This document shows positions 10,879 through 20,803 of a DNA stretch of 43,605 bases, piece by piece. How positions within the stretch are numbered: the stretch's first letter is position 1; each line of letters opens with the position of its first letter. This stretch comes from a virus. Taxonomy: Duplodnaviria; Heunggongvirae; Uroviricota; Caudoviricetes. Location of the stretch: positions 1-43,605 of the IMG/VR virus record IMGVR_UViG_2579778674_000006. One strand, given 5' to 3'. The notes beneath the pieces were generated by a model. The model was not told the DNA's origin, ran no database searches, and saw only the letters and a program-made list of their open reading frames with translations. The position numbers and the translations under genes were made by a program.

Positions 10879-10905
10879 AAAATAAAAAACCCGCCAGCGG
10901 CGGGT
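10879..10905 (-). terminator. Terminator-like hairpin between U and V
   Basis: Minus strand reads ACCCGCC-GCTG-GCGGGT followed by TTTTTTATTTT, directly upstream of the V RBS. Confidence 0.55.
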
Positions 10906-10925
10906 GGGTAAAATCATTAACGACC

Positions 10926-11270
10926 TCAGGCTATTACCTGAAATTCAAGCGTGGCTCTGCTCAGACGGGAATCAGGATCATAACCCTGAGTTTTAGAAAT
11001 AACGGAGGGTGCAAGTTGCCTTACCGCATCAAGCGCCTGCTCACGGATATCATCTGCGTCATCAGGTACTGTTGCCCAGACATCGATCTGCACGGTAATT
11101 CTGGATTCAGCCTGACCATCAAGCACATCAGACGCAGTGTCAGACACCACAGAAAATACCAGCCATGGCGGAGATACCGCAGGCTTTCCCTCCGTCAGCG
11201 GGACCACATAAGGATAAACCTGTCCTCCGGCCAGTTGAGACAGCAGGGAATACAGTGTGGTCTCTCTCAT
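10926..11270 (-). CDS. Tail terminator protein (gpU position)
   Basis: 114-aa ORF immediately upstream of V in the conserved order; sequence is not lambda U-like, so assignment is by position. Confidence 0.6.
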   Translation of the reverse strand: MRETTLYSLLSQLAGGQVYPYVVPLTEGKPAVSPPWLVFSVVSDTASDVLDGQAESRITVQIDVWATVPDDADDIREQALDAVRQLAPSVISKTQGYDPDSRLSRATLEFQVIA

Positions 11271-11716
11271 TTACTTAAGACCTCATCAATAGCCTGATTC
11301 ATTCGCTGTATGGCAATCTGTGCTGCCAGTTCCTCTGTCGTATCGAAAGCCGGGCGAATGAACGGATGCGCGGGCATGTTTATCGTTCCCAGCTCCACAA
11401 AGCGCCAGTAAAACGCATTTCGGGGATCACTGGCTTTCATGCTGTTATCACTGTTTCCGGTTCGCAGGTTCCGTCCACGAATGTGGACACCCGAGATAAT
11501 TTCCCCCCGACGCTTTGAACGCTGAGTGAGAACAACCACATTTTTCTTCAGTTTCCCGGTTCGCTCCGGCGCACGTTCAACAACTGCATCCCGCATAACT
11601 TCAGCACCGGCACGGGTGGCATCGCGCAGTACCTTATTGTTTTCTGCCCTGCTGAGCGTCTCCAGATCCCGTGCAATATCCGCCAGACCTGAAAAATCAA
11701 GACTGAAATCCATCAC
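11267..11716 (-). CDS. HK97 gp10-like tail completion protein (gpZ position)
   Basis: 149-aa ORF with 4-bp overlaps to both neighbours; position between the head-closure gene and U. Confidence 0.6.
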   Translation of the reverse strand: MMDFSLDFSGLADIARDLETLSRAENNKVLRDATRAGAEVMRDAVVERAPERTGKLKKNVVVLTQRSKRRGEIISGVHIRGRNLRTGNSDNSMKASDPRNAFYWRFVELGTINMPAHPFIRPAFDTTEELAAQIAIQRMNQAIDEVLSK

Positions 11717-12051
11717 ACATTCCCCTTCTGAGAACAGAGTATCTCAAGCCGTGTGGCACGAGCATCCGGTATCGGCGGACCGTCTATACTCAGAATCGCG
11801 CCTTTGAATGCACCAGTCAGCACTTTCAGACATGAAGTTGCTGTTACATCTCGCCGGAATCTCATCCAGACCCTCACTGTAGCCTGAGCAGTTTCTGCGC
11901 CTCCGGATATTCTCTCCCTGCCACTGATCCCCTTAACTTCTGCCCATATGGTTGCCCCCTCCGTCATTGTTTCCACAGGGTGCCCTGACGGAGACCGAAC
12001 GGTGGTGGCATTCAGAATAACCACACGATCACGTAATCTTCCTGCCTGCAT
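11713..12051 (-). CDS. Head closure / head-tail adaptor protein
   Basis: 112-aa ORF in the head-tail joining block. Confidence 0.6.
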   Translation of the reverse strand: MQAGRLRDRVVILNATTVRSPSGHPVETMTEGATIWAEVKGISGRERISGGAETAQATVRVWMRFRRDVTATSCLKVLTGAFKGAILSIDGPPIPDARATRLEILCSQKGNV

Positions 12052-12059
12052 GAATCCTC

Positions 12060-12365
12060 CTATGTTCCGGGATGAAATCGATACATCCGCAGTCCGGTAT
12101 AGAAAAAATCAGGCACTGCATCCTGCATTTCCCTGTTCTCGTACCAGTAGCCAACCAGTTGCATAAGACGCAGTTTTATCAGAGGTGTTATTACAAGCCC
12201 GGTCGTATCCTGCTCAGAAACAGTTTCATCGTAAAGCGTCCGGTTTAAAAACTTTTCAGCCTCTTCCCTGGCAGCAGCCAGATACATCATAAGAAGAGAA
12301 TTCTCCTGTTCATTGTCATCATCAATCCGGCACTGAACACGAAGCTCTTCCAGAGTGGGCATCAT
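12060..12365 (-). CDS. Head-tail connector protein (gp6-like)
   Basis: 101-aa ORF downstream of the capsid gene in the conserved position. Confidence 0.6.
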   Translation of the reverse strand: MMPTLEELRVQCRIDDDNEQENSLLMMYLAAAREEAEKFLNRTLYDETVSEQDTTGLVITPLIKLRLMQLVGYWYENREMQDAVPDFFYTGLRMYRFHPGT

Positions 12366-12376
12366 TTGGGCAACCT

Positions 12377-12565
12377 CTATGAATGCTGTTTTTTAGACTT
12401 ATCAGCCCCCCGCGCAACAGGAGTTCTCTTATCAGAGACAATCCCAGCTGCAGTGGCAATTTCGCGTACCCGTTCGGGTAATTCTTTATCTTCATACTCA
12501 CCGGCCCGAATAATCTCAACACGCATACCGTCCGGTGACCATTTCAGATCTTGTTTCAGGATCAT
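12377..12565 (-). CDS. Small hypothetical protein between capsid and connector genes
   Basis: 62-aa ORF in the same orientation, tightly packed. Confidence 0.4.
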   Translation of the reverse strand: MILKQDLKWSPDGMRVEIIRAGEYEDKELPERVREIATAAGIVSDKRTPVARGADKSKKQHS

Positions 12566-12616
12566 GATTCTTTCACCTGTCAGAACAGGGGGCGCACTTC
12601 TGCGCCCCCTGAATGA

Positions 12617-13822
12617 TTACGCCGCTGCAATCTTCAGCAGTTTGATGGCCTGCGAATCGACCAGCATGCCGCCGGTGCGCTTGGTGGTATAAAAACCGAC
12701 AAACGGTTTATTGGTGTACGGATCACGCAGAATGCGGGTACCGATACGGTCAACGATGGTGTAACCCCGTTTGAAGTTACCAAATGCAATGGCTTTCGCA
12801 TCAGCGGCAATATCCGGCATCTGTTCGTTTTCAGCGATAGCGTAACCCGCCAGAGAGGACGGCTGCCCCAGCTCCAGCCCCGGACGCCACAGATAGTTAC
12901 CCTCACTGTCTTTCAGCAGACGGATGGCAAACAGACTGTTGTTGTTCATCATGAACTTCGCGCCAGTGCGGTGTGCCTTACGCAGCGTGTAAATCAGTTT
13001 GATAATGGCATCTGCGGTCACCGCCGTCGCTTCGCCGGATACAATATGCTGAAGTTTGCCGAACGCCCGGACCTTGTCTGTTTCATCCGTGGACTCATAC
13101 GCCAGGAACCCTTTCGGCTTCTTGGTACCATCGCCGGTGGTAAAGGCAATTTCTTCCTGTTCGGCAAATTCGGTTGCCAGCTCGCTGTTGATCCATGCTT
13201 CCACGTTGAAAAAGGCATCATCCAGCATTTTCTGGGTGGCCTGCGGGTTACCGTAGATTTCCCCCATGAAAGGTTCAATCAGGCCCAGTTTTGAGGTGGC
13301 AGTCTGGGAGCGCGCGTCAGTCTCGCCAACCCATCCGGAAGCCGTGCCGCCCAGATTCACCAGTTTTTTGTAGTCGGAACCACCAACGCTGATCACCGTG
13401 GCTTCCTGGCGCATCACCACTTCATCTTTCAGCAGGGTGAGAATGTTGCGATCCAGTGCTTCCGGCACGGCATAGCCGCCGTCTTCATCGGTGCCCACCT
13501 GTAATGCCTTGCGCTCCAGATCGCGCAGACCATCTTCACGGCCTTTACGCAGGAAGCCCACAAACGCTTCTTTATGCTCGGTGGCCAGTTTATTTTGCGC
13601 ACCACCTGCCGGACGTTTCAGCTCAAGCAGCTCTTTTTCAAGATCGCTTTTGAGGTTTTCCAGCTCGCTGAGTTTCCCGTTCAGGGTTTCCACCTGCCCG
13701 GCAAGTTTGCCTTTTTCCTGCTCAATCGCATCCACGCGCTTGTCGTTCTTTGCTTTGAAGTCGTCAAACTTCTGCTGCAGCTCCTGCGCGACCTGTTCGA
13801 CATCTTTAATATCTACCGCCAT
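12617..13822 (-). CDS. Major capsid protein, HK97 family
   Basis: 401-aa ORF with N-terminal coiled-coil delta-domain-like region (LNGKLSELENLKSDLEKELLEL) followed by the capsid body. Confidence 0.9.
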   Translation of the reverse strand: MAVDIKDVEQVAQELQQKFDDFKAKNDKRVDAIEQEKGKLAGQVETLNGKLSELENLKSDLEKELLELKRPAGGAQNKLATEHKEAFVGFLRKGREDGLRDLERKALQVGTDEDGGYAVPEALDRNILTLLKDEVVMRQEATVISVGGSDYKKLVNLGGTASGWVGETDARSQTATSKLGLIEPFMGEIYGNPQATQKMLDDAFFNVEAWINSELATEFAEQEEIAFTTGDGTKKPKGFLAYESTDETDKVRAFGKLQHIVSGEATAVTADAIIKLIYTLRKAHRTGAKFMMNNNSLFAIRLLKDSEGNYLWRPGLELGQPSSLAGYAIAENEQMPDIAADAKAIAFGNFKRGYTIVDRIGTRILRDPYTNKPFVGFYTTKRTGGMLVDSQAIKLLKIAAA

Positions 13823-13836
13823 CGTATTTCTCCTGA

Positions 13837-14523
13837 TTAGAAGTTCAGATTTTTCAGTGCATTCAGTGCAGAGCCCACATCCTCAGCGTCGCGCAGGGAC
13901 AGTGCGCCATAGCCCCCGGCCATGAATGCTTTGGCCTGGGTACGGGAGAGTCCGACATCACGCAGGACTCTTTCGATTTTTTTCTGTTCGGGGATTTCCC
14001 CGCGGGCCAGTGCGTTCTTGACGTCGCTGATCCGCGCCTCGTCGTTAGACGGGAACGTCACCAGGCTGACTTCCCAGAGGTCGATTTCTTTCAGCAGAAA
14101 GGCTTCTTTGCTCCGGTCGTATTCCCAGTCTTTCAGGACGTACCCAATAGAAAGGCCGGTTAACGAACCGGCCTTCATGTGTGCATGTGCGCGTTTTGCG
14201 AGGGGATCATCATCAATAAGCAACCGTCCCCTGACGTAAAGCCCGACATCGTCTTCCTTCATTTCGGTGTAAACACCGATGGGTTCATCCATGCGGTGCT
14301 GCCAGAGCAGCGCAGGTAACGCTTTTCTGTCACTCCACGCCCGCAGGGAAGCAGCAAATGCCCCGGACATCACCACATCATCGTGGCTGTCCTTTACACC
14401 AAAGACGGAGCCATACCCTTCAAACTCACCGGAGTCACTGACAGATTTCAGACTCAGCGGTACATCAAGACGTTGTTTCGTCTGCATTGGCGTTATCCTT
14501 CTGCTTACCGGCTTTACTGCCAT
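13837..14523 (-). CDS. Prohead protease, HK97 family
   Basis: 228-aa ORF between portal and capsid; start codon uncertain (internal Met at residue 13 possible). Confidence 0.85.
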   Translation of the reverse strand: MAVKPVSRRITPMQTKQRLDVPLSLKSVSDSGEFEGYGSVFGVKDSHDDVVMSGAFAASLRAWSDRKALPALLWQHRMDEPIGVYTEMKEDDVGLYVRGRLLIDDDPLAKRAHAHMKAGSLTGLSIGYVLKDWEYDRSKEAFLLKEIDLWEVSLVTFPSNDEARISDVKNALARGEIPEQKKIERVLRDVGLSRTQAKAFMAGGYGALSLRDAEDVGSALNALKNLNF

Positions 14524-15706
14524 CGGAGGGTTTCGTGGTCATGTTCATCGGTGTGAGATAGACATCACCACCGGGACGCGGATTCATATCTTCCAGGTCG
14601 CGGCAGTCATTGGGAGAGTAAATTCCCCAGTTGATCCCGGTGGCGTAGGCTTCAAAACGGGACTTCATATCCCCGCGCAGTAACGCCCCGGCGTTAAATT
14701 TGGCGTAATAAACGCCCTGCTTACTTTTTCGTACCAGTCCGGTGTTGATCCGCTGTTCGATGCGGGTCAGATACGGCACCAGTGAATAGTTGATAAATCC
14801 CAACCCCAGCTCTTCGATATTGTTGAAGGTGGCGCGATCGGTGTTCTGCACCATGTGCAACGGCACCCGGAACAGACGACAGATTTCTTCAAGCTGAAAC
14901 TTGCGGGTTTCCAGGAACTGGCTGTCCTCGGCGTTCAGCGCCATCGACTTCCAGTCCAGCCCCATCTCAAGGATCATCGGGCGGTGAGCATTGCCAAGCC
15001 CGGTGTGACGCTCCTCAAAATCTTTCTTCAGGCGCTCATAAGCCTGATCCGACAGCGTCTGTTCTGTACGCAACACACCGGACGTCACCGCACCATTGCT
15101 GAACAGTCTGGCCCCGTGCTCTTCGGTCGCTGCTGCCAGCGATATTGCCTCGCGGGCATAGGCGATGGGATTCAGTCCCACCAGACCGTCCAGCGTCAGC
15201 GTGCGCACATGCCAGATATCTTCCTGGCTCAGTACATCCGTGGAACCGTCCGGGAATGTGACCTGATAGACCGGCTCCCAGCGACTGTTAAGCTTCGGTA
15301 CCACACAACCGGGATCGACGGGCAGCAGTTCAGCCACTTCGCCAAATGCTTTCACTTTGTAGGCGTAAAAGTTTCCCCTCAGGCACAGACAGGTGACCAC
15401 CAGCTCCCAGAACTCCTGCGGCGTCATATAGCCATTGGGATGCGTGGAGATCAGCTTATGCAGACGTTCGCCGGTGGCCCTCTGTTTCAGGCTGCCGTTC
15501 AGGTGATACAGATTGCAGGGCAACATCCCGACCGACTCTGCCAGCACTCTGACGCAGGAAAAAACCGCCGTCAGTCGCATGGCCCGCTGACTGCTGATCT
15601 GCTTTCCGGTATAGGTGTCGTAAGACAACCCGATGGCATCCGCCAGCTCTGCTGGCGTGGTCACCGGCGCGTCACTTTTTCGTTGAAATAATCCCGAAAA
15701 GAACAC
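14465..15706 (-). CDS. Portal protein
   Basis: 413-aa ORF between terminase and protease. Confidence 0.85.
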   Translation of the reverse strand: MFFSGLFQRKSDAPVTTPAELADAIGLSYDTYTGKQISSQRAMRLTAVFSCVRVLAESVGMLPCNLYHLNGSLKQRATGERLHKLISTHPNGYMTPQEFWELVVTCLCLRGNFYAYKVKAFGEVAELLPVDPGCVVPKLNSRWEPVYQVTFPDGSTDVLSQEDIWHVRTLTLDGLVGLNPIAYAREAISLAAATEEHGARLFSNGAVTSGVLRTEQTLSDQAYERLKKDFEERHTGLGNAHRPMILEMGLDWKSMALNAEDSQFLETRKFQLEEICRLFRVPLHMVQNTDRATFNNIEELGLGFINYSLVPYLTRIEQRINTGLVRKSKQGVYYAKFNAGALLRGDMKSRFEAYATGINWGIYSPNDCRDLEDMNPRPGGDVYLTPMNMTTKPSDGSKAGKQKDNANADETTS

Positions 15707-15888
15707 TATTTACCTCCGCCGACAGACGGCTGTGTACGGTCGAGATATCGCGCCACCAGCCACGACCAGAACAGGCACAGCACCCCGGCAACAACAAAAC
15801 CCGCCGGGGGATAAATCAGCCAGGCACCATACGCCAGCAAAAGCGCACCCAGCATGCCCACCAGTGGCGCGAGAATTATCAGAAACAT
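15706..15888 (-). CDS. Small hydrophobic protein between terminase and portal
   Basis: 60-aa ORF, two predicted transmembrane stretches ([26 protein letters not shown]..., [16 protein letters not shown]). Confidence 0.5.
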   Translation of the reverse strand: MFLIILAPLVGMLGALLLAYGAWLIYPPAGFVVAGVLCLFWSWLVARYLDRTQPSVGGGK

Positions 15889-15899
15889 AATGACCTCGG

Positions 15900-17657
15900 T
15901 TAAAGCGAGCGGATGCCCACGCTGACCAGATGTTCAGACAGATCCAGCTCCGGTTCACCACCATTGACCAGCATCCGGCTCATTGCTGTAAACATCGCAA
16001 CAGGGCCGTCGATTTTGGCTTCCAGCGTGGATTTATTCGGGAAGATATTGTCGTTTTTGTCCGGTTTTACCGTAACGTTAGACATCATCCAGTTCATGAC
16101 CGGATGATTGCTGTGATGGAAACGCCCGGCATAGACCAGTGATTCCGTTTCCTTCATGGCCTCTGACAGATTGCGAACCGTCTGCGGAACCTCCACCAGC
16201 GGTATCCCTTCTTCAGCCAGTGCCAAGCTGAACTGCATCGCGCTCCACGGGTCAAATCCCAGTTCCCTGAGGTTTTCACCACCAATCCATTCCAGTAAGT
16301 CACTTTTTATCTGAGCATGATCGATAACATCACCATCCGTCAGAATCAGCTTATCCATCTCCGCCCACTTCCGGTAAAGTTCTGCCTGCTGCCGCGAGCA
16401 TCGTTCCAGCCGTCCTTCCGGAAGCCAGAATTTAAAATCGGCATGAACATGCCCGTTATCCGTTCGCCAGAGTTTTGCCGCCGCACAGATATCAATCTTA
16501 TGAGCAAGGTCAACGCCGACCCACATGGGATACGTTTTCAGCTCATGTCGTGGGGCAATGTATTCGCACTTCTCCCACTTAATCATGTCCATCCAGGCAG
16601 ACTCTGCTGTTACCCACACATTCATGTGTTTGGTAAAAAAATTCACCCGCGCAGAGACCTGTTCTTTCGCTTTTTTCGCCAGGCGACGCAGATCATCCCA
16701 GCGTTTACAGATGCCCAGGCCGGGATTCGCTTTCTGCCAGACCGTTTCATCAAACGGATCATCTCCCTCATCGAGGGTGTAAATAATCGCAAAGTAGGAG
16801 TCGTCTTTTACCGCGCCCTCCACGTCGCTGTTATAGCCACGCAATACCTTGATGGCGTAATCACGCTGCTCGTAACAAATCCCTTCCTTGTTAAACCCTG
16901 CCGTGGTGATACCAAATAAAAGGGACTGCAGACGGGCACCGGTTGCCGTTTCCAGAACGTCCCACACGTCACGGGTTTTATGTGCATGCAGCTCATCAAT
17001 AATGGCGCAGTGGATGTTCAGACCATCCAGGTTGTTTGCATCCGAAGAAAGCGGTTCAAATTTTGATGCGCTCTGCTCCTGGTAAATCGCCAGCTTGTTG
17101 AAATCAAACAACCGCCCGAGTGTCGACCGGGCTTTTCTGACCATATTTTTGGCGTCTTCAAACACGATTCTGGCCTGGTCACGCGTGGTTGCGGCTGAAT
17201 ACACCTCAGCTCCGCCTTCACCATCTGCCCCCGTCATATACAGGCCGATACCCGATGACAGAGTTGATTTTGCGTTTTTACGGGCGACTTCGTTGTACGC
17301 CGTCCGGAACCGGCGCACCATCACCGGATGTCCGCTGCCATCGCTGCGCATGACAACTTCCCCGGTCTCTTCATTGACCAGCGGAATGACAAAACCAAAA
17401 ATATTAATGAGGATAAATACATGCCAGTCCATCAACTCAATGGGCTGGCCTGCCAGCGCCCCTTTTACATGAGGCACAAATTTGTAGAAATTCAGGATGT
17501 GCTGCGCACGGGGTTCGCTGAAATAAATCCCCCGCTCTTCGCCGTACTTCAGATCATCAAGAAAACGCTGGCAGGCCAGGCGGACAAATTCGCCAGCAAC
17601 AATTTCTCCTGCAACAACACGTTCGGCGTAGCGGATCCCGTCAGCCACTTTTGCCAT
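15900..17657 (-). CDS. Terminase large subunit
   Basis: 585-aa ORF; N-terminal ATPase-like region and C-terminal nuclease-like region; directly downstream of the small subunit. Confidence 0.9.
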   Translation of the reverse strand: MAKVADGIRYAERVVAGEIVAGEFVRLACQRFLDDLKYGEERGIYFSEPRAQHILNFYKFVPHVKGALAGQPIELMDWHVFILINIFGFVIPLVNEETGEVVMRSDGSGHPVMVRRFRTAYNEVARKNAKSTLSSGIGLYMTGADGEGGAEVYSAATTRDQARIVFEDAKNMVRKARSTLGRLFDFNKLAIYQEQSASKFEPLSSDANNLDGLNIHCAIIDELHAHKTRDVWDVLETATGARLQSLLFGITTAGFNKEGICYEQRDYAIKVLRGYNSDVEGAVKDDSYFAIIYTLDEGDDPFDETVWQKANPGLGICKRWDDLRRLAKKAKEQVSARVNFFTKHMNVWVTAESAWMDMIKWEKCEYIAPRHELKTYPMWVGVDLAHKIDICAAAKLWRTDNGHVHADFKFWLPEGRLERCSRQQAELYRKWAEMDKLILTDGDVIDHAQIKSDLLEWIGGENLRELGFDPWSAMQFSLALAEEGIPLVEVPQTVRNLSEAMKETESLVYAGRFHHSNHPVMNWMMSNVTVKPDKNDNIFPNKSTLEAKIDGPVAMFTAMSRMLVNGGEPELDLSEHLVSVGIRSL

Positions 17658-18139
17658 CAGTCTCTCGCTTTTAAAAGCTCCGCCAGCGGATCAACATCAT
17701 CCGGTCCGGCGATATTTACTTTAGCCCGGCTTGCCGGTGACATACCAAACTCTGCAAGCATTGCCCGGATCCGCTTCCAGGCATCCGCTTTCATTGCCGC
17801 CGCGGGGTGCGCCTTAATCAGTACATCACCGCTCTGCGTTTCCGTGCGGTAGGTATACCCCTCAACATCGAGTGTTTCGCAGTGATGCCGATATTCGGTG
17901 TAGGCTTCCACCAGCAACTCGAGCGCACGCGCATCAAGCTGAGAAATGATCCCTTCCGCATTCAGCTCTTCCGCCATTCGCCTGAACCAGTACTTCCCCT
18001 GTGCCCCTAAATGCTGCGGAATTTTAGGAAGACCTTTTTCATCCTTTTTAGCGGTTTTTTTGGGGTCTTTAACGGGGCGCTTTGAGGGGTTGCCTCGTAT
18101 CAAATGCAGGCGTGGCGGGGTTTTCGGAGGTCCTGACAT
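17657..18139 (-). CDS. Terminase small subunit
   Basis: 160-aa ORF, basic N-terminus (MSGPPKTPPRLHLIRGNPSKRPVKDPKKTAKK), start overlaps terminase large. Confidence 0.85.
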   Translation of the reverse strand: MSGPPKTPPRLHLIRGNPSKRPVKDPKKTAKKDEKGLPKIPQHLGAQGKYWFRRMAEELNAEGIISQLDARALELLVEAYTEYRHHCETLDVEGYTYRTETQSGDVLIKAHPAAAMKADAWKRIRAMLAEFGMSPASRAKVNIAGPDDVDPLAELLKARD

Positions 18140-18286
18140 AATCGGTCTTACCTATCAATCGTTTGTTCACATTTCCAAAAAAAGTTTTCGAACCTGCGGC
18201 GATGTGAGGAAGGGTCAGGCGGCGGTACTGAACAGCCAGGGTTGCAGAGATTTGACCCGCCCCTCCCCTGCAGATGGGAGCTGTTA

Positions 18287-18637
18287 TCAATTGATGCGTT
18301 CGCGCGCTGTTTTTGCTTTATGACAGGGCCAGCACAGACTCTGCAGGTTACTGTCTGCATCCGTGCCACCATGAGCTTTCGGAATGATGTGGTCCACAGT
18401 TCTGGCTTCAACGGCTCTCCCATTGCGCAGGCAGTTCTGACACAGATGATTATCACGCTTCAGTATGCGCGCACGTATGGCATCCCATTTCGAGCCATAG
18501 CCACGCTGGTGGCGGCTCAGTCCGCGTTGATGCTGTACCCATCCTTCGCCACGATGTTTATCGCAGTAACCAGAACTGTCTGTGGTTGTACCTGCACATC
18601 CACGCTTACGGCAGGCGCGTGGGATTAGTGCTGGCAT
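18287..18637 (-). CDS. HNH endonuclease (packaging-associated)
   Basis: 116-aa ORF with Cys-rich ends and a HIIPKAHGGTDADSNLQSLCWPCH motif; immediately upstream of terminase small. Confidence 0.85.
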   Translation of the reverse strand: MPALIPRACRKRGCAGTTTDSSGYCDKHRGEGWVQHQRGLSRHQRGYGSKWDAIRARILKRDNHLCQNCLRNGRAVEARTVDHIIPKAHGGTDADSNLQSLCWPCHKAKTARERIN

Positions 18638-18775
18638 GTTTCGCCCTTATATAAATCAAAGGTGACCTGCATTGAGTATCTCCATGGAATAGATTTGCTG
18701 CTGATATGAGACAGATCAATAGACTTCATGAGCCAACGGGTGTAGATATTACTTTTTACTTCAGAGGGTTAACTC

Positions 18776-19315
18776 ATGGATATTAAAGATAAAATCAATA
18801 CCATTTTGTTATGTGACATTGCCATCCACCTAGGTATCGAAACTGATATTGATCCACAGCTTGTTAAATATGCTGTGTCATCTGGTAATGATTGGGTTAT
18901 CAAGGCCGAATATTCACATTTGGATGTTGACGAACCAAGTAAAGAAGATCGTGATTTTGTTACTGCTGTCTTGAATATGTATCGCGGACTTTCCAATGCT
19001 TTCAGGAAACTTAGTGATGACGAGCAAAAAGAATTAGTCCGTGACCATCATCTAAAAATACATGATGGGGCAATTCAGCTCCCAGGTTTCGACGGTAATA
19101 ATGAATGCGATTACTTCAGTATCATTGAGGCATATCAGAAAATTGATCGCTTCCCCGAACAGAAACAGCCCATTGCCAATACTCATTCACGTACAGAACA
19201 TCTCTATAACGCAATGCTTGATGAGTTTAAGAAAATTGACGCTGTAAATCGAAGCTGGGATTTATCGAAGGAAGAACTGGCATCCATTCTTTCCACAGCT
19301 CCACGCAGTTTCTAA
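18776..19315 (+). CDS. YfbU-family (UPF0304-like) protein, moron on the opposite strand
   Basis: 179-aa ORF, AT-rich, RBS AGAGGG before ATG; several motifs align with my recollection of E. coli YfbU (MY..L, LPGFD, THxxxxxxxY..ML). Confidence 0.55.
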   Translation: MDIKDKINTILLCDIAIHLGIETDIDPQLVKYAVSSGNDWVIKAEYSHLDVDEPSKEDRDFVTAVLNMYRGLSNAFRKLSDDEQKELVRDHHLKIHDGAIQLPGFDGNNECDYFSIIEAYQKIDRFPEQKQPIANTHSRTEHLYNAMLDEFKKIDAVNRSWDLSKEELASILSTAPRSF

Positions 19316-19320
19316 GTGCT

Positions 19321-19587
19321 TTAGGCGGGTTTCCAACCCGCCTTATTATGCTCGTATATAGAGAAGGAAGCACCCAAATTAACCAGCGCGGATTTCTTTT
19401 CCTCAATACGGCTGTTAAGTTCAGCAACTGCATGCGGGCGTATGGCCTCAAGAAAAGCACTATATTGATAGGCAGACTGGATTGTCACACCAAGCCCTGC
19501 ACCACTTTCCAGTATACCTTTCTGTCGCTGTAGCTCTTTCATCTCGTTATAGATGTAATGTGCGTTACTTAGGTTTTCTACGTTCAC
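19321..19587 (-). CDS. Hypothetical protein convergent with the YfbU-like gene
   Basis: 88-aa ORF, AT-rich, no recognisable family. Confidence 0.45.
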   Translation of the reverse strand: MNVENLSNAHYIYNEMKELQRQKGILESGAGLGVTIQSAYQYSAFLEAIRPHAVAELNSRIEEKKSALVNLGASFSIYEHNKAGWKPA

Positions 19588-19742
19588 GCCCTAAGTTCTT
19601 CCTGCAGTTAGCCTGCACTGATTTGTTATGCGCCAATATGTCCCGCTTCGTCTGTTGCATTATCATAAGTAATAGCGTAGGTTGACACCTTGGCTCTCTT
19701 TCGCCACCGGCGAATCTTTAGCGGATTATCCTTGGCCGGTTT

Positions 19743-20225
19743 TTATCTGAGACATTGCTCACGAATGTATAGCTGTGCCCCTTCCAGTTGCTTCTGCATC
19801 GTCATCAACCGTTCTCTGAGGGTGAAATAATCCCGTTCAGCGGTGTCTGCCAGTCTGGGGCTGGTTGCATTATCCACGCTGGTGGGTCCGGTGGCTTCAC
19901 GCACGGCTGCGGAGCAACTGGCATTGACCCGCAGGCGCTTACGACCAGCGGCAACATCAGCGCGCAGAGTTTCATTTTCAGCTTTCGCATTGGCTAATTC
20001 TCTCGAGTACTTTGCATCGAGCGCAGCAACATCACGCTGACGCTGCTGCATGTCAGCGATGGTGGCGGTCAGCTGCTTCAGCTCACTGACTTTTTTATCA
20101 CGCTGTTCTTTGTAGGTGATGGCGTTATCACGGTAATGATTGACCGCCCACGACAGGCAGACGATGATGCAGATAACCAGAGCATAAATAATCGCGGCGA
20201 CTCTGCTCACTGATCTATTCCCCAA
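19743..20225 (-). CDS. Rz: Spanin inner-membrane subunit Rz
   Basis: 160-aa ORF with N-terminal TM ([20 protein letters not shown]) and coiled-coil; downstream of the endolysin. Confidence 0.85.
   Translation of the reverse strand: MGNRSVSRVAAIIYALVICIIVCLSWAVNHYRDNAITYKEQRDKKVSELKQLTATIADMQQRQRDVAALDAKYSRELANAKAENETLRADVAAGRKRLRVNASCSAAVREATGPTSVDNATSPRLADTAERDYFTLRERLMTMQKQLEGAQLYIREQCLR
19805..19990 (-). CDS. Rz1: Spanin outer-membrane lipoprotein Rz1, embedded in Rz
   Basis: 61-aa ORF in the +1 frame inside Rz, lipobox LVVSAC, Pro-rich. Confidence 0.8.
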   Translation of the reverse strand: MRKLKMKLCALMLPLVVSACGSMPVAPQPCVKPPDPPAWIMQPAPDWQTPLNGIISPSENG

Positions 20226-20740
20226 CAGGCTAATGCGCTTTCTTGGTCACGACGAATAACCTGTCCATAGCAGTTATTTGAACGTATGCGGCAATCGCGC
20301 CCACCATCTTTTATCCACCAGCGAATCGCCTCGCATGCGCCCTTACGATCACCAGCATTCAGCCGCTTATAAAACGTCGATGGAAAACACTTACCGGGGC
20401 CAATGTTATAGGGACAAAATGACGCGATACCCGCTTTTTGTGGTTCGGTCAGTGGTACTTTAATATTGCGCTCCACCCATGCCAGCGCCTTATCACGCTC
20501 AATGGCGTTGACCTGGTCGCATTTTTCCTTCGACAGTTTCATACCGGGAAAAACGGGTTTTCCATCCACCATCGTGGCACCCCGACAGATGGTCCAGATG
20601 CCGGAACCATCGCGGTATGCCGTTGTGTGGTTACCTTCTTTTTCATCCAGAAACTGGTCGAGAATATCAGGCGCGGGCGCACCGACGGCAATCAGTGCCA
20701 GAACGGCAGCCGACAGGCCGTATCTGATTTTTGCGTTCAT
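20207..20740 (-). CDS. R: SAR endolysin (lysozyme)
   Basis: 177-aa ORF with N-terminal signal-anchor-release segment ([16 protein letters not shown]) followed by a lysozyme-like domain. Confidence 0.85.
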   Translation of the reverse strand: MNAKIRYGLSAAVLALIAVGAPAPDILDQFLDEKEGNHTTAYRDGSGIWTICRGATMVDGKPVFPGMKLSKEKCDQVNAIERDKALAWVERNIKVPLTEPQKAGIASFCPYNIGPGKCFPSTFYKRLNAGDRKGACEAIRWWIKDGGRDCRIRSNNCYGQVIRRDQESALACWGIDQ

Positions 20741-20803
20741 GGATATTTATCAGGATTTATCGGTTTCTGCCCACGGACAGGTTTATCTGTTCCGGTCAGT
20801 GAC

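Noticed and set aside
13491-17852. Long plus-strand ORFs antisense to capsid, portal and terminase genes (e.g. 13491..13925, 14855..15691, 16317..16919, 17328..17852)
   Set aside because: They lie entirely inside well-supported minus-strand genes and have low-complexity Arg/Ala/Pro-rich translations typical of antisense frames in GC-rich coding DNA.
18140-18286. cos packaging site between terminase small subunit and HNH endonuclease
   Set aside because: The location is right for an HK97-type cos site but I could not recognise a defined cos sequence by eye; not called as a feature.
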